The translations under genes and the position numbers were made by a program. A stretch of 64,000 bases of DNA from Isosphaeraceae bacterium (GTDB lineage Bacteria; Planctomycetota; Planctomycetia; Isosphaerales; Isosphaeraceae), in NCBI GenBank assembly GCA_965201075.1, contig CBDAVP010000015.1, forward strand, positions 124,001 to 188,000, in the 5' to 3' direction. Below, piece after piece: positions 27,615 to 37,165 of the stretch (the first letter of the stretch is position 1; each line of letters begins with the position of its first letter). The notes beneath the pieces are model-generated. The model was not told the DNA's origin. It made no database searches and saw only the letters and a list, made by a program, of their open reading frames with translations.

Positions 27615-29090
27615 TTGGCGACGACGAGGACCGAGAAGGACTCGATGGGAACGATGGAGGTCCCGGCCGACGCCTACTACGGCGCCCAGACCCGTCGCGC
27701 CGAGTTGAACTTCCAGATCAGCCCCCTGAGACTACCCCGCGCCTTCATCCGGGCCATGGGCCTCATCAAGAAATCCGCCGCCCAGGTCAACATGGACCTG
27801 AAACTGCTGATCCCGGAACTCGGCGAGGTCGTCATCCAGGCCGCGCAGGCCGTCGCCGACGGACGGGCCGACGACCAGTTCGTCGTTGACGTCTTCCAGA
27901 CCGGCAGCGGCACCTCGACCAACATGAACACCAACGAGGTGATCGCCGGCATCGCCAATGAGTTACTCACCGGCACCCGGGGGGGCAAGGACCCGGTCCA
28001 CCCCAACGACGCTGTGAACATGGGGCAGTCCTCCAACGACGTGATCCCCACCGCCATCCACGTCGCCGCCGCCGAGGGTTTGCACAAGCGGCTCATGCCG
28101 TCGCTGGAAGCCCTGCACAAAGCTCTTGACGCCAAGGCCAAGGCGTTCGACCCGATCGTCAAGATTGGCCGGACCCACTTGCAAGATGCCGTGCCGATCC
28201 GTCTGGGCCAGGAGTTTTCGGGCTACGCCTCGCAGGTCGAGCAGGGCCTCCGCCGGCTCAAGCACGCGGGCGAGGCGCTAGGCGAACTCGCCATCGGGGG
28301 AACGGCCGTCGGCACGGGCATCAACACCCACGCCGAGTTCCCCCGCCGCATGGCCGCGCAACTGACCCGCGAGACCGGCATCGACTTCCGGCCCGCCGCC
28401 AACACGTTCGAGGCGATGCACAACCGCGACGCCGCCGTCGAGGCCTCGGGTGCCTTGCGAGTCGTGGCCATCAGCCTGTCCAACATCGCCAACAACCTGC
28501 GTTGGCTCGCCTCGGGCCCTCGCTGCGGGATCGGCGAGATCCGCATCCCCGAACTCCAGCCGGGCAGCTCGATCATGCCGGGCAAGGTCAACCCGGTCAT
28601 CCCCGAGGCGGTCATGATGGCCGCGGCGCAGGTCGTCGGCAACGACGCCACCGTCGGCTGGGCCAACGCCCTGGGCTCGACCTTCGACCTCAACGTCCAG
28701 ATGCCGGTGATCGCCTACAACCTTCTCCAGTCGGTCGACCTGCTGGCCAACGCCGCCAGGGCCCTGGAGGAAAAATGCGTCGCCAACATCCAGGCCGACG
28801 AGGCCCGCTGTGCGGACCTGATCGAACGCAGCCTGGCCATGTGCACGGCCCTGGCCCCCCGCATCGGCTACGACGCCTCGGCTGCGGTGGCCAAAAAGGC
28901 GTTCACCAGTGGACGCAACGTCCGCGACGTGGCTCTGGAAATGGCCGGCAAATCTCCCGCCGAGGCCGCCGAATTCCTGGGCGTGGAACCCAAGGGGGGC
29001 GTCCCGTCCGCCGACGAGATTGCCCAGTTGCTTGAACCCCACGGACAGACAGTCCGCGGCACCGGTGTCGGCTCTTCGGCCGGGGGCTGA
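27615..29090 (+). CDS. fumC: Fumarate hydratase class II
   Basis: RTEKDSMG, YYGAQT, FQTGSGTSTNMN, HPND.VN, GRTHLQDA, GSSIMPGKVNP; GGAGG RBS then TTG at 27615. Confidence 0.95.
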   Translation: MATTRTEKDSMGTMEVPADAYYGAQTRRAELNFQISPLRLPRAFIRAMGLIKKSAAQVNMDLKLLIPELGEVVIQAAQAVADGRADDQFVVDVFQTGSGTSTNMNTNEVIAGIANELLTGTRGGKDPVHPNDAVNMGQSSNDVIPTAIHVAAAEGLHKRLMPSLEALHKALDAKAKAFDPIVKIGRTHLQDAVPIRLGQEFSGYASQVEQGLRRLKHAGEALGELAIGGTAVGTGINTHAEFPRRMAAQLTRETGIDFRPAANTFEAMHNRDAAVEASGALRVVAISLSNIANNLRWLASGPRCGIGEIRIPELQPGSSIMPGKVNPVIPEAVMMAAAQVVGNDATVGWANALGSTFDLNVQMPVIAYNLLQSVDLLANAARALEEKCVANIQADEARCADLIERSLAMCTALAPRIGYDASAAVAKKAFTSGRNVRDVALEMAGKSPAEAAEFLGVEPKGGVPSADEIAQLLEPHGQTVRGTGVGSSAGG

Positions 29091-29141
29091 GGTCCGCCAG
29101 GTTGCTTGATCGACCCTTTTGTGAGAACGACTGAGGGCTCC

Positions 29142-30191
29142 ATGTCCGACGAACCGACGCCGGCCGGAGCCCGGACCATTCGCATTGGCTTCCGCCGACG
29201 GGCCGCCCGCCATTGTCGCCCTCGCTCCTCGGCGGTCGCCCTGGCTCCGCCCCTGTTGATCCTGGTTTGCGCCGGGGGGGTCGCGGGCTATCGACTCTGG
29301 AGAACCGACTGGCCGGGTCTCGGCGGGGTTGGGGTCACGACGACCTGGGCACCAGTGACGGTGCCGGCGCCATCGAGGATTGTCACGACCCCCCTTCCCG
29401 CCCCCGCGCCGGTAATCGCCCGCATCCGGACCGACCCGCCCCCCGCCCCGGCACCGGTCGCTCAGGGGGAATCCCCCGCCGACCCGTTCGGGTTTGACCT
29501 TCCTCCCCAGGCGAAACCCGAGCCCAGGCCGACCCCCATCCCGGAGCCCGAAGCGGCGGCGGCCCTCGCGGCGGCGACCCCTTTGATCCCGTTCGCCCGA
29601 CCGGAGCCGCCCCGCCCGGTCTCGAAGGACGACGCCCTGGCGGCGATTGCCCGAGAGGCCGACGAAGCGCGAGCCCAGTTGCGCCAGGAAGACCAGTTGA
29701 AGGCCCAGGCCACCGCTCGGGAACAGGCCGAGACGCGCGAACGCCAGGCCGAACAGGCTCGCCGCGCCGTCCGCTTCATCGAGGACGAGCGTTACCTCTT
29801 TCACGGCGACCTCGCCGATATCCTGGCGCAGCCGAACCGACACCGCGCCGACGAGATCGCCGACCTTTGCCGACGCCGCAAGGTCGCCATGCCCCCGGAG
29901 TTGCGCCGGAGCTTCGATCAGGCGAGAATTGGCCTGGCCTCACACCTCGGTCGCCGGACCCGCGTCGAACTCTACCGGCGACGGGGCATCCCCGAGGAAA
30001 TGATCCTCTTCGACCTGGCCAACGAGGAACTCTCCCACGTCGGTTTGCGCAACGGGCCGAAGACCCGGGACGAGGCGTTGGTGGTGGCGGCCCGCCGGCT
30101 GCTGGACTACGGTCTGCCCAGTCGCTCGCCGGCCTCCGTCGCCAATGCGGCGGCACACCCTGGCCAGGTCCCTCCCGGGCGAGCAAGATAA
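29142..30191 (+). CDS. Hypothetical membrane-anchored protein with Pro-rich linker and coiled coil
   Basis: Single hydrophobic segment, long Pro/Ala tract, Glu/Gln/Arg helix; fills the gap between fumC and the next gene. Confidence 0.6.
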   Translation: MSDEPTPAGARTIRIGFRRRAARHCRPRSSAVALAPPLLILVCAGGVAGYRLWRTDWPGLGGVGVTTTWAPVTVPAPSRIVTTPLPAPAPVIARIRTDPPPAPAPVAQGESPADPFGFDLPPQAKPEPRPTPIPEPEAAAALAAATPLIPFARPEPPRPVSKDDALAAIAREADEARAQLRQEDQLKAQATAREQAETRERQAEQARRAVRFIEDERYLFHGDLADILAQPNRHRADEIADLCRRRKVAMPPELRRSFDQARIGLASHLGRRTRVELYRRRGIPEEMILFDLANEELSHVGLRNGPKTRDEALVVAARRLLDYGLPSRSPASVANAAAHPGQVPPGRAR

Positions 30192-30242
30192 GAGGATAGG
30201 GGTCGCCGCCCTGTCCCGCCGCTTCGGAGAGGATCACTCGCC

Positions 30243-31721
30243 ATGCCCGCGCCCCGTTCGCGATTCGTCTTGCCGCTCTGGCTGCTTCTGGCCGTGTTCG
30301 CCTTGTCGCCGGGCCGGGCCTCCGCGGAAGACCTCAAGGCCGACATCGAGGCGGGGAAAGCCCTGCTCGCCGAAGGCGACGCCAAGGCCGACGCGGGCGA
30401 CACCACCGAGGCCGTCATCCGCTACAAGGCGGCCTTTGAGCAACTCCTGCCCGGCCTGCGCGGCCTCCCCTTCCACCGAGAGGTCAAGCGCGACGTCACC
30501 GCTCGCGAAGACCTGCGCAAGGTGATCGTTGGCGAGATCGACGAGGACCAGACCCCTGCCCAGTTCCACGGCGACGAGATGGGAATGAAGGCCCTGGGCC
30601 TGCTGCCCCGAGACACCGACCTGAAGCAAACGTTGGTGGAGCTCTACACCGAGCAGATCGCCGCCTTTTACGACCCCAAGACCGGCACGATGCACCTCAT
30701 CAAGGAACCGGAGGCGGCCCAGGCCAAGCCCCCTTCGTTGCTGGAACGCTTGATGGGCAAGAAGGGCGGCTTCGACAAGGACGAAAACAAGGTCACCATC
30801 GCCCATGAGTTGACCCACGCCCTGGCCGACCAGCATTACGAACTCGACGTGCTCCAGGATCACGCCAAGGGGGACGACGACCGCCAGTTGGCTCTCTCGG
30901 CGCTGGTTGAAGGCGAGGCGACCCTGGCGATGATGGGCGCCCAGATGAAGGACTGGACGGGCAAGAAGGTCACCGAGATGCCCGCCGCCGACCTCGATCG
31001 CGCCTTCAGCCTGCTGGGCCCCTTGATGGCGATGGGCGGCGGCCAACGACTCGGCGAGGCGCCGCCGATCCTGTCCGAATCGCTGGTCTTCCCCTACTTC
31101 CGCGGCCTGATCTTCTGCGCCACGCTCACCAATCGAGGAGGCTGGGCCGCGGTCGACGCCGCTTACAAGGCCCCTCCGCTGTCGACCGAGCAGGTGATGC
31201 ACCCCGACAAGTTCCTTAAAAATCCCGACCCGCCCACCCGGATCGACCTGCCCAAACTCAACGCGGGCGAAGGCTGGAAGGAGGTCGGCCGCAACGTCGT
31301 CGGCGAGCTCCAAACCTCGATTCTGCTCCGTCGTCACGACGGCCGAACCGCCGCCGCCGGCTGGGACGGCGACGCCTACGCCACCTTTGAGGGGACCGAA
31401 GGCAAGCTCGGCCTGGTCTGGGCATCAACCTGGGACACGCCCGACGACGCCGCCGAATTCGCCAGGGCCTACGCCCGCTTCCAGTCGTCCAAGCTCGGCG
31501 GCGACGCTTCCGAACCGGAAGCCTTCCCCGACTCCCTCCGCCGTCCTAGCCATGATTCCACCTTCGCGGTGGAACGCCGCGGGTCGGACGTCGTCGTGGT
31601 CGAAGGCTTCACTTCCGCCGCCACCGAGTCCTTGATCGAGACGGCCTTCACGTCGCCCAAGGTCGAAAAGACGCATCAGGCCCCAGGCCCACGCTCCAAG
31701 GAACATGCCGAGGCCCATTAA
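30243..31721 (+). CDS. Exported zinc metallopeptidase-like protein (HExxH...E)
   Basis: Signal peptide, AAFYDP, IAHELTHALADQH, ALVEGEAT, FPYFRG, PLSTEQVMHP, AAAGWDGD. Confidence 0.7.
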   Translation: MPAPRSRFVLPLWLLLAVFALSPGRASAEDLKADIEAGKALLAEGDAKADAGDTTEAVIRYKAAFEQLLPGLRGLPFHREVKRDVTAREDLRKVIVGEIDEDQTPAQFHGDEMGMKALGLLPRDTDLKQTLVELYTEQIAAFYDPKTGTMHLIKEPEAAQAKPPSLLERLMGKKGGFDKDENKVTIAHELTHALADQHYELDVLQDHAKGDDDRQLALSALVEGEATLAMMGAQMKDWTGKKVTEMPAADLDRAFSLLGPLMAMGGGQRLGEAPPILSESLVFPYFRGLIFCATLTNRGGWAAVDAAYKAPPLSTEQVMHPDKFLKNPDPPTRIDLPKLNAGEGWKEVGRNVVGELQTSILLRRHDGRTAAAGWDGDAYATFEGTEGKLGLVWASTWDTPDDAAEFARAYARFQSSKLGGDASEPEAFPDSLRRPSHDSTFAVERRGSDVVVVEGFTSAATESLIETAFTSPKVEKTHQAPGPRSKEHAEAH

Positions 31722-33186
31722 GCCGGGCGGGAACCTTCCCCGTTCGGCCCTGCTTCTGTTCCTCCTCCTCCTGGCGATCTTCGCGACCCGGGCGTATCGG
31801 GCCGATCAGCCGATTGTCGAGAACTACGTCGGTCGGCAGATTCCCACGGCGATGGTCGCTCGCAACCTGGAGAGGGGCTCGGGGTTTTTGCGCCCACGGT
31901 TGGATTGCGGGCCGTTCCCGAACCTCTTCCTCGTCGAGCCGCCCGTCTTCCCCGCTTGCGCCTTGGGCCTGCGAAGGTTGACCCACTGGCCGCTGGAGGG
32001 TTGCGGACGGCTGGTCTCAGCAATCGGCGCGACCCTGGGGGCCTGGGGGATTTTTGGGCTCTGCCGGAGACGATTCGGCGACACGACGGCCCTGCTATCG
32101 GTGGCGGCGTTTGGCCTGTTTCCGGTGACGATCCGCTTCGGCCGGGCCTTCCAGCCCGACATGCTGATGGTCGGCACTCAGGCGGCCGCGTTGAGCCTTT
32201 GGGACGCGGCCAGTCGCGGGGGAAGGGGAAGTCGTTGGCGATGGGCGTGTGCCTGGGCCTTTCTGGCGACCAGTTTGGCTCTGAAAGTGACCTCGGCGGT
32301 CGTCCTGATTCCGCTCCTGCTGTTGTCGGAGAAACCTCGAACCGGACGGATCGCCCTAGCCCTGTCGGCGCTGGGACCGGCCCTGTTGTGGTATGCCCAT
32401 GCCGCCTTGCTCCTGAAATTGGGTGAGGGTTCGCGGGCCTCGGCCGATAACGGGGCGATCTGGTTGCGGGCTCTCTTGCCGACGGCCTGGTTGGAGGGGC
32501 GGACGTGGGCTCTGGTCGCCCGGTCCTTGCTGGTCAAGGCATTCACTCCCCTGGGCGCAGCGCTGGCGGCCTGGGGATTGGTTGTCGGGCGAGACCGTTG
32601 GGTCCGCGCCTACGCGTTGGCGATGGCGTTGGGGTTGGGGGCCTTGGCCGCGAAGTTGCACCACGAGTATTATTGGTTGAGCCTCGCTCCCCCTCTGGCG
32701 ATCGCCGCGGGTCGGGCCTGGGCGAGTTGCGGGAGGGCCGGGGCGGTCGCCGTGGGATTGGCGTTTGCCAGCCTGGCGGCGGCTCAGTCGGTCTCGACCT
32801 GGCGGACTCCCCGCGAGTGGGTGGACCTGCCCGCCGCGGCCGAGGTCGTCCGGTCTCGGGTACCCTCGGACGCCTTGCTTGTGGCTCCCGAGGCGTTACT
32901 GTTCGAGGCGGATCGCCGGGGCTGCCGGCTGGAATTCACTTCTTCGGCCAGCAAAAGGGCGGCCGGGGAGTGGGGAGGCGTGATCGACCCGGCCGACCCC
33001 CTGGCCCTGGTCGCGTTTTACCAAACCCAAGGTGCCCGATTCGTCGCCGACCTCGGGCCCGACGACGGCGATCCCCTCCGACAAGTCTGGAGGGCCGCCA
33101 TCCGGGCCCGCTACTCGGTCCTGGTGGATCGACCAGACGTGGTCCTGTTGGCGGAGTTGAGAGGAACGGCCGATGCTCCCCGATGA
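31705..33186 (+). CDS. ArnT/PMT-type (GT39/GT83-like) membrane glycosyltransferase
   Basis: Multi-TM; RQIPTAMVARN, EPPVF, GRLVS, RAFQPD, HEYY. Confidence 0.75.
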   Translation: MPRPIKPGGNLPRSALLLFLLLLAIFATRAYRADQPIVENYVGRQIPTAMVARNLERGSGFLRPRLDCGPFPNLFLVEPPVFPACALGLRRLTHWPLEGCGRLVSAIGATLGAWGIFGLCRRRFGDTTALLSVAAFGLFPVTIRFGRAFQPDMLMVGTQAAALSLWDAASRGGRGSRWRWACAWAFLATSLALKVTSAVVLIPLLLLSEKPRTGRIALALSALGPALLWYAHAALLLKLGEGSRASADNGAIWLRALLPTAWLEGRTWALVARSLLVKAFTPLGAALAAWGLVVGRDRWVRAYALAMALGLGALAAKLHHEYYWLSLAPPLAIAAGRAWASCGRAGAVAVGLAFASLAAAQSVSTWRTPREWVDLPAAAEVVRSRVPSDALLVAPEALLFEADRRGCRLEFTSSASKRAAGEWGGVIDPADPLALVAFYQTQGARFVADLGPDDGDPLRQVWRAAIRARYSVLVDRPDVVLLAELRGTADAPR

Positions 33187-33976
33187 ACCCGCGGTGATCA
33201 CCCCGCCCCAACTCCTCCGGATGAAGGTCCAGGGTCGGCCCATCGTTGTCCTGACCGCCTATGACTTCACGATGGCCCGGATGCTGGACGCCGCCGGCGT
33301 GGACGTGCTGCTGGTGGGCGACTCCCTCGGCACGGTGGTGCAAGGTCACGAGACGACCTTGCCCGTCACTCTCGACCAGATGGTCTACCACGCCGAAATG
33401 GTCGCCCGAGCCGCCCGTCGGGCCCTGGTCGTGGTCGACCTGCCGTTCGGAAGTTACCAGGAGTCGCCCGCCCAGGCGCTGCGGTCGGCCGTCCGTCTCC
33501 TCAAGGAAACGCGCTGCCAGGCGGTGAAATTGGAGGGAGGGCGGCATGTCTCGGCGACGGTCCGGACGCTGGTGGAGTCGGGCATCCCGGTGATGGGGCA
33601 CGTTGGCTTGACGCCTCAATCGGTGAGACACTTCGGCGGTTTCAAGGTCCAGAAGGACGCCGACGCCCTGCTGGCCGACGCCCGCGCCCTGGCCGACGCC
33701 GGAGCGTTCGCCGTGGTGCTGGAATGCGTGCCGGCCCCGGCCGCGGCGAGGGTGACAGCGGAGTTGGCCATCCCCACCATCGGCATCGGCGCGGGGCCTC
33801 GTTGCGACGGGCAGGTCCTGGTCACTCCCGACCTGCTCGGCCAGTTCGAGGGGTTCCGCCCCAGGTTCGTCCGCCGTTACGCCGAGGTTGGCGACACGAT
33901 CCGCTCGGCGGTCGCCGCCTTCGCCGAGGACGTCCGCAACCGCCATTTCCCCAACGACGCCGAGAGCTTTCGCTGA
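33173..33976 (+). CDS. panB: 3-methyl-2-oxobutanoate hydroxymethyltransferase
   Basis: LTAYD, LLVGDSLG, DLPFGSY, AVKLEGG, MGHVGLTPQS, TIGIGAG, DGQVLV. Confidence 0.97.
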   Translation: MLPDEPAVITPPQLLRMKVQGRPIVVLTAYDFTMARMLDAAGVDVLLVGDSLGTVVQGHETTLPVTLDQMVYHAEMVARAARRALVVVDLPFGSYQESPAQALRSAVRLLKETRCQAVKLEGGRHVSATVRTLVESGIPVMGHVGLTPQSVRHFGGFKVQKDADALLADARALADAGAFAVVLECVPAPAAARVTAELAIPTIGIGAGPRCDGQVLVTPDLLGQFEGFRPRFVRRYAEVGDTIRSAVAAFAEDVRNRHFPNDAESFR

Positions 33977-33991
33977 ACCGGAGAGCCACCC

Positions 33992-34351
33992 ATGTCCGCC
34001 GTCACCGCCGACCTCTTGAACCAGAAGCGCTGCGTCCCCTGTGAAGGGGGCGTGCCGACCCTGACCCCTGACGAGGCCGAGGCCAACCTCCAGGCGGTGC
34101 CCGACTGGCGGATTATCGACGGAGGCAAGCGGATTCGCCGGGAGTGGACCGCCAGGCACTTCCGCGCCGCGTTAGCGTTTCTCGACGCGGTGGCCGTGGT
34201 CGCCGAGGCCGAGCAGCATCATCCCGACCTGCACCTGACGTCTTACCGGCAGGTCGCCGTCGAGGTCTGGACCCACGCCATCGGCGGGCTCTCGGAGAAC
34301 GACTTCATCCTGGCCGCCAAGATTGACCGCGTGCCGATCCGGACGGACTGA
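33992..34351 (+). CDS. Pterin-4-alpha-carbinolamine dehydratase
   Basis: CVPCEGG, AEAEQHHPDL, WTHAIGGLSENDFILAAKID. Confidence 0.93.
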   Translation: MSAVTADLLNQKRCVPCEGGVPTLTPDEAEANLQAVPDWRIIDGGKRIRREWTARHFRAALAFLDAVAVVAEAEQHHPDLHLTSYRQVAVEVWTHAIGGLSENDFILAAKIDRVPIRTD

Positions 34352-34353
34352 AC

Positions 34354-35298
34354 TCAGGGCTTGGCGGGCCGATCGTCCCGGCCGTTGAACAACCGGCCGA
34401 TCCAGCCCAGAACTCCTCGGCGTCGGGGTTCGGGGCTGGGAGCATCGGCGGGTCCGGACTGAAGGCGGATCGTTGGCGGCGGCCCGGCCGTCGTGGCGAC
34501 AGGATCGGCCCGCAGGCGTTCCAGGTGGGCCAGCAGGCCGGGGCCCGAGAACGCCTCGACCCGGGTCGAAAGGGGTGGAGCCTTGGGGTTTACACGCAGG
34601 TCCCCCAGGTAGCCGAGCAGGGCCGCGCGGCCGGGCGCGGGGCCATCCAGCAGGTAGTGGACCCAGGCCCACGCCTCTCGATAGTCACGAGGGCTCATCG
34701 CCCGCACGTCGGTCAGGGTTTCGAGTCTCGCCAGGTCGGGCGACCAGCCAGCGGCGAGGTCTTTCGGGAGCCGGTCGAGATGTTCGGGGTTTCGGCCGCC
34801 GTCGCCCTGGGGTCCTTCGAAATACTCGGCCAAGCCCTCGTCAAGCCAGAGAGGGACGTCGCCAACGGCCGCGTGCAGCAGGGCGTGAGTCGCCTCGTGG
34901 CGGAGGTCTTCCTCCAGGCGATCTCCCAGGTGGGTGTAAACGACTCGCCGCCCCCCCTGAGCCAGGAAGAAGGCGCGTCGGGGCGGGAAATTCGGGTAGG
35001 ACTCGTGAAGAAAGCGGCCAAACGCGTCGGGGTTGTCAAGGATGTAAACCTCGATGGGCGAGGTCCTGGGGTCGTCCTTCACCCCCAGGCTCGCCTCCAA
35101 CTGGCGGCTCAGGGCCTGGAGTTGCCGGACGGCGGGGGCGTCGGCTTCCAGGGGGGCGCTGGTGAACACCGTGAACGCCCCGGCCTCACGCTCGAACTGA
35201 GTCGGCGCCTGAGTTTTGTTGGCCGCGCCCCCAACCGTCGCGCAGCCCGACGCCGCGACGGCGAGGAGGAGCCAGGGGAGCATCCAGCGTCGAGCCAT
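34354..35298 (-). CDS. DUF1570-like lipoprotein, HExxH peptidase-like
   Basis: Lipobox ASGC, LRHEATHALLH, PLWLDEGLAEYFE, YREAWAWVHYLL. Confidence 0.75.
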   Translation of the reverse strand: MARRWMLPWLLLAVAASGCATVGGAANKTQAPTQFEREAGAFTVFTSAPLEADAPAVRQLQALSRQLEASLGVKDDPRTSPIEVYILDNPDAFGRFLHESYPNFPPRRAFFLAQGGRRVVYTHLGDRLEEDLRHEATHALLHAAVGDVPLWLDEGLAEYFEGPQGDGGRNPEHLDRLPKDLAAGWSPDLARLETLTDVRAMSPRDYREAWAWVHYLLDGPAPGRAALLGYLGDLRVNPKAPPLSTRVEAFSGPGLLAHLERLRADPVATTAGPPPTIRLQSGPADAPSPEPRRRGVLGWIGRLFNGRDDRPAKP

Positions 35299-35353
35299 GA
35301 GAGGGTTCCGTTGAACCGAAGCCTCGGGAAACGAATCGAAACGGCGCCCGACC

Positions 35354-37108
35354 TCACGACAGCTCGCGGCCGTTTCGCAAATTCCGGGCGACCTTGGCCT
35401 CGCCCAGGTCGACGATCGCTCGCCAGGCGGATTTCCAGTCGTGGTGGGGCTCGACCGGGCCATAAGCACGGAGGAAGCGGAGGGCTTCGGTGCGTGACTT
35501 CCCCGCAAGGCTGACGTGAAGGCGGGCCAGGTTCTGGAGCCTGCGGCCCGGGGGAAGCGGATGCTTCAGCCGGACGCCAACCAGGTCGATCAGGCAAAGA
35601 CTCGGGTCGGGGTCGGCCACGTCCCCTTCCACCAGGATATTGGCGGCCTTAAGGTCTCGGTGTGACAGCGAACGCTCGTGCAACGTGCGAATCAGTCGGG
35701 CGAGCGACCGATTCAGGTTCGCGAGGCGTTGGCGGCGGGCGGCGGGGTCGAGCGTGGGCAGCACGTCGCGGAGGTAGTCGCCCAGGGTTGTCGAGGGCTC
35801 GGCCTTAACCGTCAGTAGGTACGTGGCGCGGGGCAGCAGGCCAAGTCGGCCGGTGCGGGCGAAGTAGGCCAGGTTACGAGGCGTCGCGACCCCCCGGCAG
35901 GCCAGGTGTTGCCCCCCCTGCCACGCCTGCCAGGCGCGGGAGGGGCGGAACAGGGTGAAAATCGGGTCGAGCCACTTCTTGCGATGGAACTTCTTGTAGA
36001 TCAACGGGGTCGAGCGGCCCCCGATTTCCACGGTCAACTCGGCGACGGTGGTGGTCCGCGAGTGTTTGAGGATGCGAGCGTCGGGATTTCGAAGGGGGGC
36101 ATCGGGATCGGCGAGCCACCCGTCAACCTGTTCCGCAGTCAGGTCCCGAGCGGCCACGGCGCGACAATTGGGGATTTGGGCCGCGAAGAAGTACTTGTTG
36201 GTGCCCCGGCAACGGCGGCCCCAGCGAGTCCAGAGCCGTTCGGCCCAGACCCGGGTGGCCATCTCGATTCCCCGGGCGAATGCCTTCCAGTCGGCGGGTC
36301 GACCCCCTCTTGCCTCGAAATAGGACAGAAGAAACCGCAATCGGTCGGCTTTGGAGGATCGGGTCCAGAAGTAATGATTGAGTAGCGCGAGATTGGCGCG
36401 GGCCACCTTGGGATCGCAAACCTTGCGGGCCCTCAACGCGTCGAGGTCGATCAGGGCCATCCGGGGACGGTCGCCGTCGAGACGGACCAGTAGATTTCCC
36501 GGGTGGAAATCGTCGTGAACGAAGTCCGCCTCGTGGAGCCGCCCGGCCAGTTCTCCCAGGCTTTTCGCCAGGGCCCGACGCAAACGGCAGCGACCGGGTT
36601 CGGACCGGTCGGGGAGATGCCTCTCGACAAACTCATCCACCGGGACGGTGTCGGGGATGGCTGGGCTAATCAGGTAATTCTCGAAAAGAAATCCGCGTTT
36701 GCGTTGCTCTCCCAGGGCGATCGGGGTGATCGTGGGGACGCCGATCGCGGCCAGTCGCACGGCTCGCTTGCCTTCGTTCCGCCCCTTGCCGCGACGGAAC
36801 CACTGGCGGAGGATCGCTCGCAGGTTGGGGACGAGGAAGTGCTTGACGAAGACCGAGCCCTCGGGCAGATCGGCTCGGTAGACGACCCGGTGCGGGCCGC
36901 GCTTGACGGTGGTCAGGGTTCCCTGCTTTTCCCACTCGTCGAGGCGAAGTCCGTCGGGCCCGAGGAGGGCGTGGTTCCAGTCGTTGCGGACTCTCCAGCG
37001 GACGTCGCCGGCGCAAGCTCGGTCCCAGTCGGGCTGGTAGTAGGGCGAGGTCGCCGTGGTCGGCACCCGGTCGGGGCGTGTGGAAGGCTCGCTCGGGGGC
37101 CGGGTCAT
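35354..37108 (-). CDS. Tandem-domain lipopolysaccharide kinase (Kdo/WaaP/InaA family)
   Basis: Two kinase-like halves: FVKHF...HDDFHPGNLL...LIDLD and YKKF...HRDLKAANIL...LIDL. Confidence 0.85.
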   Translation of the reverse strand: MTRPPSEPSTRPDRVPTTATSPYYQPDWDRACAGDVRWRVRNDWNHALLGPDGLRLDEWEKQGTLTTVKRGPHRVVYRADLPEGSVFVKHFLVPNLRAILRQWFRRGKGRNEGKRAVRLAAIGVPTITPIALGEQRKRGFLFENYLISPAIPDTVPVDEFVERHLPDRSEPGRCRLRRALAKSLGELAGRLHEADFVHDDFHPGNLLVRLDGDRPRMALIDLDALRARKVCDPKVARANLALLNHYFWTRSSKADRLRFLLSYFEARGGRPADWKAFARGIEMATRVWAERLWTRWGRRCRGTNKYFFAAQIPNCRAVAARDLTAEQVDGWLADPDAPLRNPDARILKHSRTTTVAELTVEIGGRSTPLIYKKFHRKKWLDPIFTLFRPSRAWQAWQGGQHLACRGVATPRNLAYFARTGRLGLLPRATYLLTVKAEPSTTLGDYLRDVLPTLDPAARRQRLANLNRSLARLIRTLHERSLSHRDLKAANILVEGDVADPDPSLCLIDLVGVRLKHPLPPGRRLQNLARLHVSLAGKSRTEALRFLRAYGPVEPHHDWKSAWRAIVDLGEAKVARNLRNGRELS

Positions 37109-37165
37109 GGGGCGGTCGCCTGGGTCGGGGGTCGGGCGGGCGTCTCGTCGACGAGGCTGGCAAAT

